Positions 36,909 through 41,943 of a DNA stretch of 41,943 bases are shown piece by piece; the stretch's first letter is position 1; every line of letters begins with the position of its first letter. Both the position numbers and the translations under genes were made by a program. The stretch lies in sequence record SRR22947725_3577. One strand, given 5' to 3'. A model generated the notes under the pieces. The model had not been told where the DNA came from, did not search any database, and saw only the letters and a list, made by a program, of their open reading frames with translations.

Positions 36909-37769
36909 TCAGAGATGGTAATGTTTATATATGTTATTAGATTTAGAAATATCAATAACCATGTCTCTTACCATTTCCTCATAGGATGGTATTTTGTAGT
37001 CTAATAATTTTCTAGTATCAATAAAGCTTTTATTTATATTTTTCCCCTTAATTGGAATAATCGTAATATTTTTTTTTGTATACAATTTAATTAAATTAAT
37101 TAAATCATTTTTACTAATTTTGAGATTATTTGTTATATGATATAAGCCTACAATATCATTATTTATGGCCCATTTAATTGCTTTAGCTAGCTCTAAAGTT
37201 GTAACTCCAGACCAAATCATTTGTGTGTAGCCATTCACAATGTTAGTTTCACTCATAAACCAGTGAAATAAGCCAGTACCATTCTTTGTTAGCTCTGGTC
37301 CAATGATAGAAGTTCTCAATATTAGTGATTTAGGGCTTAGTTTCTCTCCAAGATTTTTGGTTAAACCGTACATATCAGTAGCATCTTTTAAATCATCTTC
37401 TATGTACGGTGATTTTTTTTTGCCAGAAAAAACACAATCAGTAGAAATATGAATTAATTTTGAATTATTTTGACCGGCTATTTCCTCTAATAGAAACGGA
37501 AGGTATGAATTTAAATAGATTGCTTTTTCTGGATTAATGATTGAATCCTTTATTAATAGTCCGATACAATTAATAATGAAATCTGGGTTAATTTTATTTA
37601 TTGAGTCAGTTAATTTTTTTTTATCTCGCGCATCAATTAAGACTGTGTCTGGGTTTAATTTTGTTGTAGCTGAAAAATTAAAAAGAATAAAATCACTATT
37701 TTTTTCTAAATAGTAATAGACTTTATGCCCTAGCATGCCTCCAGAGCCAAGAATCAAGACTTTATTCAT
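36909..37769 (-). CDS. dTDP-4-dehydrorhamnose reductase (RmlD)-like SDR
   Basis: ILGSGGMLG, HISTDCVFSG, YGLTK, RTSIIGPE. Confidence 0.85.
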   Translation of the reverse strand: MNKVLILGSGGMLGHKVYYYLEKNSDFILFNFSATTKLNPDTVLIDARDKKKLTDSINKINPDFIINCIGLLIKDSIINPEKAIYLNSYLPFLLEEIAGQNNSKLIHISTDCVFSGKKKSPYIEDDLKDATDMYGLTKNLGEKLSPKSLILRTSIIGPELTKNGTGLFHWFMSETNIVNGYTQMIWSGVTTLELAKAIKWAINNDIVGLYHITNNLKISKNDLINLIKLYTKKNITIIPIKGKNINKSFIDTRKLLDYKIPSYEEMVRDMVIDISKSNNIYKHYHL

Positions 37770-37778
37770 AAATCACAG

Positions 37779-39416
37779 CTATTCATCGACTTGGGCAATT
37801 TTCATTGTGGCGCCAAAGTCAGTCTTACCACTTCCTAGTTTCGGAATTTCTTTGACTTTAAGAACTCTAGAAGGAAAGTGCAGTGGGTTAAGCTGTGCAT
37901 CTGACAAAAGCTTTATTAGGCTTTTTTTATCCAAGTTGCTTGTTACAAGAAGAACAATTTTTTCACCTTTGCGCTGGTCTGGCAAGCAACAGGCTGCAAC
38001 TTCTAAATTTTTATCATTGCAAACATCAAGAATTTCTTCCTCGACAGTTGTGAGACTGATCATTTCACCACCGATCTTAGCAAATCTTGAATAGCGATCA
38101 ACAATTGTTAGAAATCCATCTTCATCCAAGTGCCCTTTATCACCAGTCCTGTACCACCTGTATCCATCAATAAGCTCAATCACTTCGGCTGTCTTTTCTG
38201 GCATCTTAAGGTAGCCTTTCATAATTTGGGGTCCACCGATTAAAATCAACCCATCTTCTCCAGTTTGTAGGGGCTCAATTGAATCTGGATCAACAATTTT
38301 AAATTCAGTCCCACTAAAAGCTTTCCCAACAGTTCCTGGACGATTTCTTAATTTGTAGGGTGACTCAATATCTGGCAAATTTACTGATGCTCCAGGTGAG
38401 GTTTCTGTAGTTCCATAACCCTCATATACAGGCATTTTAAACTTGGATTCAAAGCCATCCCTAACCTCTGATCTTAGCTTTTCAGCGCCAGCAACAACCA
38501 GTCTCATTGATTGCATTGATTCAGATGTAACTTTTTTACTAACAGTATACATTCTAAGAAAGGTAGGAGTACCAACCAGGATTGTTCCTGAGTACTTTTT
38601 TATTCCAGATGCTATCGTTGTAACATCTTTTGGATCTGCATGACAAACAATTGGAATACCTTCAGAAAGCGGCATAAGAGTTGTAATAGCAAACCCAAAG
38701 GCGTGAAAAGTTGGAAGTGTTGACATAATGACATCACTCTCGACAGCACCTAATTCAATTGCAGCTTGTTTAGCATTGGCAGCTATATTGCTATGTGAGA
38801 GCTCAACTCCTTTTGGTGATCCTTCACTTCCACTTGAAAATAAAATAGCTGCAGTATCATTCATTGATACATCTTTAAAGTAACTGTTTTGAATCATGTT
38901 AGCTGGGAGTAGGATTACTTTTAAAAGAGTTCCAATACGTGATAAAGTTGAAATTTCTTCCCTAATATCCTCGAGCATAAGAAGTTTTGAGTCAGGGAAG
39001 TATGACTCAAAGTCTATTCCTCTCTCAAGCATTTTATCTAAAAACTTTCTAGAGGTATAAATATGCTTTACTTCAGCTTGCTTTGCAGCAGATCTCAGAG
39101 CTTTTTTTCCAGCGGTAAAATTCAAATTGACAATTGTTTTTCCTAAAGAAAGGATAGCAATTGATGCAATCGCTCCACCTCCACTGCTCGGCAGCAAAAG
39201 TCCAACGTTTTGTTCTGGGCTATAAACTTCAATTTTTTGTGAAAATAATAGAACACCAGTTATAAACTTTTTGTGAGATATTTCTATTCCTTCTATATCT
39301 GCAACGGCAAAGGCGGTTTTAGATTTTTTTGCACTTTTAAGCCATGCCACATGAATTGGGTCAAGTGAAGATGGGTAGTTCTGCCATTCAGAAAAAGATG
39401 ATGGGTGGTTTGACAC
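37779..39416 (-). CDS. AMP-binding protein, acyl-ACP synthetase domain of Aas (no acyltransferase domain)
   Basis: ILFSSGSEGSPKGV, YEGYGTTE, WYRTGDKG, DRYSRFAKIGGEMISL, PKLGSGKTD; GTG start. Confidence 0.85.
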   Translation of the reverse strand: MSNHPSSFSEWQNYPSSLDPIHVAWLKSAKKSKTAFAVADIEGIEISHKKFITGVLLFSQKIEVYSPEQNVGLLLPSSGGGAIASIAILSLGKTIVNLNFTAGKKALRSAAKQAEVKHIYTSRKFLDKMLERGIDFESYFPDSKLLMLEDIREEISTLSRIGTLLKVILLPANMIQNSYFKDVSMNDTAAILFSSGSEGSPKGVELSHSNIAANAKQAAIELGAVESDVIMSTLPTFHAFGFAITTLMPLSEGIPIVCHADPKDVTTIASGIKKYSGTILVGTPTFLRMYTVSKKVTSESMQSMRLVVAGAEKLRSEVRDGFESKFKMPVYEGYGTTETSPGASVNLPDIESPYKLRNRPGTVGKAFSGTEFKIVDPDSIEPLQTGEDGLILIGGPQIMKGYLKMPEKTAEVIELIDGYRWYRTGDKGHLDEDGFLTIVDRYSRFAKIGGEMISLTTVEEEILDVCNDKNLEVAACCLPDQRKGEKIVLLVTSNLDKKSLIKLLSDAQLNPLHFPSRVLKVKEIPKLGSGKTDFGATMKIAQVDE

Positions 39417-39421
39417 GATAA

Positions 39422-39982
39422 TTAGCCTCCAAGCATCGCTTTTTTTAAGTTTTTTTGAATTGGATTATCTGAAAGAAATATCCCAAAGAATGCTTTTTTA
39501 AAGTCTATCCCTTTGATTAGCTCTACAAGTTCAGAATTTTTAAGAACATGAGTTCCCATTTTAGGTAAATAAATAAATTCATAATAGTCTCCATTACTCA
39601 CTGCAGTCTCAAAAGATGATGATAGTTGATTAATTTCTTTAATTATTGAATCAGTATTGTTTCCAGTTGATTTTTCAAGCCCTTCGCTCAAGGCTTTTTT
39701 CATTGCATCAGCTGTGACCATTTGAGACGTCACATCAATACGAACGGCCATTGGAGCGTCCAAATTAATAATATCTAAAGCATTTGAACTTGAAGTTTCA
39801 AGGTATAGGCTACCTTCATATACCTTCATAAAGAAAATAATTCGAGTGCCCTGACCATTTTTAGTCATAGTGCTCCCTTGATATTTTATTTGGTCAGGGG
39901 TGTCTGCCCCATAAATTGGCGAGGCTAATAAAACACCAAAAATTAGGATTATTTTAAAAAGCTTATTGAGGGTTGAGATCAT
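39422..39982 (-). CDS. Chalcone-isomerase-like (CHI-fold) exported protein
   Basis: Signal peptide, NGQGTR..FFMKVYEGSLYL, DFKKAFFGIFLSDNPIQKNLKKAMLG. Confidence 0.8.
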   Translation of the reverse strand: MISTLNKLFKIILIFGVLLASPIYGADTPDQIKYQGSTMTKNGQGTRIIFFMKVYEGSLYLETSSSNALDIINLDAPMAVRIDVTSQMVTADAMKKALSEGLEKSTGNNTDSIIKEINQLSSSFETAVSNGDYYEFIYLPKMGTHVLKNSELVELIKGIDFKKAFFGIFLSDNPIQKNLKKAMLGG

Positions 39983-40107
39983 TGTTATATTTTTTTTAGG
40001 TTAAGAATCGATTATAGTTATAAAACAAAAAATATAAATACAAAAATGCAATTACTCCAATTATGATTTATCTATAATATAACTTTTAATTAAATAACAA
40101 AAATATT

Positions 40108-40707
40108 ATGAATCCATTAACTTCTGTCAAAGGCACTATTATTAGTGGCTTTATTCTTGCTATTCTGGTTGCTCTGTATGTTTCGCCTGAAAATTCAATG
40201 TTTCAAACACGTAATTTTAGTATTTGGCTTCATGCCTTATTTGGAGTGACTTGGGTTGGTCTTTTGTACTACTTTAATTTTGTTCAGGTGCCTGCGATGG
40301 CTGACGCATTAGCAGATGAGGGTGGACCTGGACCGGCAGCAATTGGAAAGTATGTAGCTCCCAGAGCGCTTCTCTGGTTTCGTATGGCCGCGGCTGCTAC
40401 ATGGCTTACAGGGGCATGGGCCCTTTCTATCTCGCCTCAGTATGGCTTTATGCAAACTTTTCTTTTTCAGGCGCCTGCGGGTCCAATGATGAGCTTGGGC
40501 GCATGGATGGGAACTATCATGCTTTTTAATGTATGGGTATTGATTTGGCCAAACCAGAAAAAAGTTCTTGGACTAGTTGAGGCTAGTGCAGATGAAATTG
40601 CTAAAGCCAAGTTTACTGCAGCTATGGCCTCTAGAACTAATGTAGTCCTTTCTGTCCCAATGCTGCTTTGCATGGTTGGTGCAGGCCATGGTGGTTATTT
40701 ATTCTAG
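40108..40707 (+). CDS. PuuD-like (urate oxidase N-terminal, COG3748) membrane protein
   Basis: WLHALFGVTWVGLLYYFNFVQVP, LLWFRMAA, IMLFNVWVLIWPNQKK, SRTN. Confidence 0.8.
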   Translation: MNPLTSVKGTIISGFILAILVALYVSPENSMFQTRNFSIWLHALFGVTWVGLLYYFNFVQVPAMADALADEGGPGPAAIGKYVAPRALLWFRMAAAATWLTGAWALSISPQYGFMQTFLFQAPAGPMMSLGAWMGTIMLFNVWVLIWPNQKKVLGLVEASADEIAKAKFTAAMASRTNVVLSVPMLLCMVGAGHGGYLF

Positions 40708-40734
40708 TGTGTTATTTTTGATTGATTTAAAGAG

Positions 40735-40757
40735 ACCGGGCTTGTCCCGGTTTTTTT
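40735..40757 (+). terminator. Rho-independent terminator
   Basis: ACCGGG-CTTGT-CCCGGT followed by a T-tract. Confidence 0.85.
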
Positions 40758-40935
40758 AAAATCCAATAATTGAAAAAAAACAACAAATCATATAAACACT
40801 CAAAAATAATAAAAATATTAGAGAGAAGTAAGTTATTTATTTTGAATTTAAAGCCTTTGTTTCCCAGTGTTAATAACTAAATAGACACTTATGTTGAAAA
40901 AAAACAACTATTTGTATTATTTTTTCAAATATTTG

Positions 40936-40964
40936 TTGACATCAGTCTCAAAAATGATTATTAT
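40936..40964 (+). promoter_or_regulatory. Near-consensus sigma70 promoter of the porin gene
   Basis: TTGACA-17 bp-TATTAT. Confidence 0.75.
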
Positions 40965-41042
40965 GTCCGTATTGTTATTTGCAAAAGTAACATATAGGGT
41001 GTTGGGATAACCAACAATTAAATATTCTAAATGGAGAATAAA

Positions 41043-41867
41043 ATGAAAAAACTAATCGCACTATTCGCGGTATCATCAGTAGCTACTACGTCAGCTATTG
41101 CTGGTGTTGCATTAAGCGGAACGGCTTCAGTATCATATGATGATAATGGATCGGCTGCAGCATCATCAACTTCTTTTGATGCAGACCTTCTAATCACTGG
41201 TACTACAGGCGGTACAACTTTTACTGCTGGCTATGATATGGATGGAGATAATTTGGCTACAACTTCAGCTAATTTATCTACTACTATCGGTCCAGTAACT
41301 GTAACGGCTGATATGCACCAAACTAATGAAGATAATAATAACGATGGTGATGGAGACTACGTAGCAGATGTCGACGATACTGGTGTAAGCGTTACTCTTG
41401 ATGCGCCAATCGGTGATGCCACTCTTGCTCTTGACGACGACGGTGCTGTTACTGTATCTGGTACATGGTCAGGTGTTACTGTTTCTCACAATGTTAAGAC
41501 TAATGTAACTACTGGTTCAGCTGCAATTGCAGGAATGGACATGAGCGTTACTAATGATGATGGCTCTTCTACTTGGTCACTAGGTACAACTGTTTCAGGT
41601 GTTGCTGTTACTTTAGACAGTGATGCTGATGTTACTGCTGTATTCGGCCTAGCTGGAAACACTATGACAGTATCTCACGTTGGTGAGCGTGCTGAAGTAG
41701 CTGAATCAGCTGATACAACTCTAGCAGGAGCTAAGTACTCTACTGAGTCTGCAGCCGCCTATACTACAGTTGCTATCTCACGTGCGTTAACTTCTGGTGC
41801 TACATTAGCTGCTACATATAGCAGTTCTGATGAGTCACTTACTCTTAAAGCTTCAGTTGCATTCTAA
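41043..41867 (+). CDS. Outer-membrane porin-like beta-barrel protein
   Basis: GGAGA RBS before ATG 41043, MKKL signal peptide, T/S/G/V/D-rich alternating beta-strands, C-terminal LKASVAF. Confidence 0.75.
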   Translation: MKKLIALFAVSSVATTSAIAGVALSGTASVSYDDNGSAAASSTSFDADLLITGTTGGTTFTAGYDMDGDNLATTSANLSTTIGPVTVTADMHQTNEDNNNDGDGDYVADVDDTGVSVTLDAPIGDATLALDDDGAVTVSGTWSGVTVSHNVKTNVTTGSAAIAGMDMSVTNDDGSSTWSLGTTVSGVAVTLDSDADVTAVFGLAGNTMTVSHVGERAEVAESADTTLAGAKYSTESAAAYTTVAISRALTSGATLAATYSSSDESLTLKASVAF

Positions 41868-41912
41868 ACTTGTTTAGTCTTGTAATTTGACTTAGGAATA
41901 AGTTAATACATG

Positions 41913-41941
41913 AAAACCCAGAGCTTGCTCTGGGTTTTTTT
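41913..41941 (+). terminator. Rho-independent terminator, probably bidirectional
   Basis: AAAACCCAGAGC-TT-GCTCTGGGTTTTTTT. Confidence 0.9.
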
Positions 41942-41943
41942 AT

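Noticed and set aside
1017-40673. Short antisense or alternate-frame ORFs in the track (e.g. 1017-1343, 6104-6562, 10463-10978, 37735-38094)
   Set aside because: All are nested in or opposite well-supported genes and show no recognisable motifs; treated as shadow ORFs

Overview
AT-rich window from what looks like a streamlined marine gammaproteobacterium; gene content suggests the SUP05/Ca. Pseudothioglobus group (inference). It opens with a tRNA cluster (3' end of tRNA-Ala, two different tRNA-Glu(UUC)) and mcl-mtkA-mtkB. An accessory block of about 25 kb follows. It holds a Na+:solute symporter and a sugar-type ABC importer whose ATPase and both permeases carry unusual extensions. It also holds a sensing module (TorT-like binding protein, second ABC ATPase/permease, hybrid histidine kinase, NarL/LuxR regulator). 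Next is an operon of SBP, DTL-motif rhodopsin, internally duplicated flotillin, N,N-dimethylformamidase-like large subunit and two paralogous small subunits. This converges on a luciferase-like monooxygenase/GST/SnoaL/arylformamidase operon. The remainder is a divergent TPR-sulfotransferase / TPR-O-GlcNAc-transferase pair and mostly core genes (rluD, pgeF, S24-like protein, mutM, RmlD-like, acyl-ACP synthetase, chalcone-isomerase-like, PuuD-like, porin). The most notable system is the apparently co-regulated rhodopsin-flotillin-formamidase-ABC-TorT locus. All family calls come from motif recognition by eye; no searches were run.
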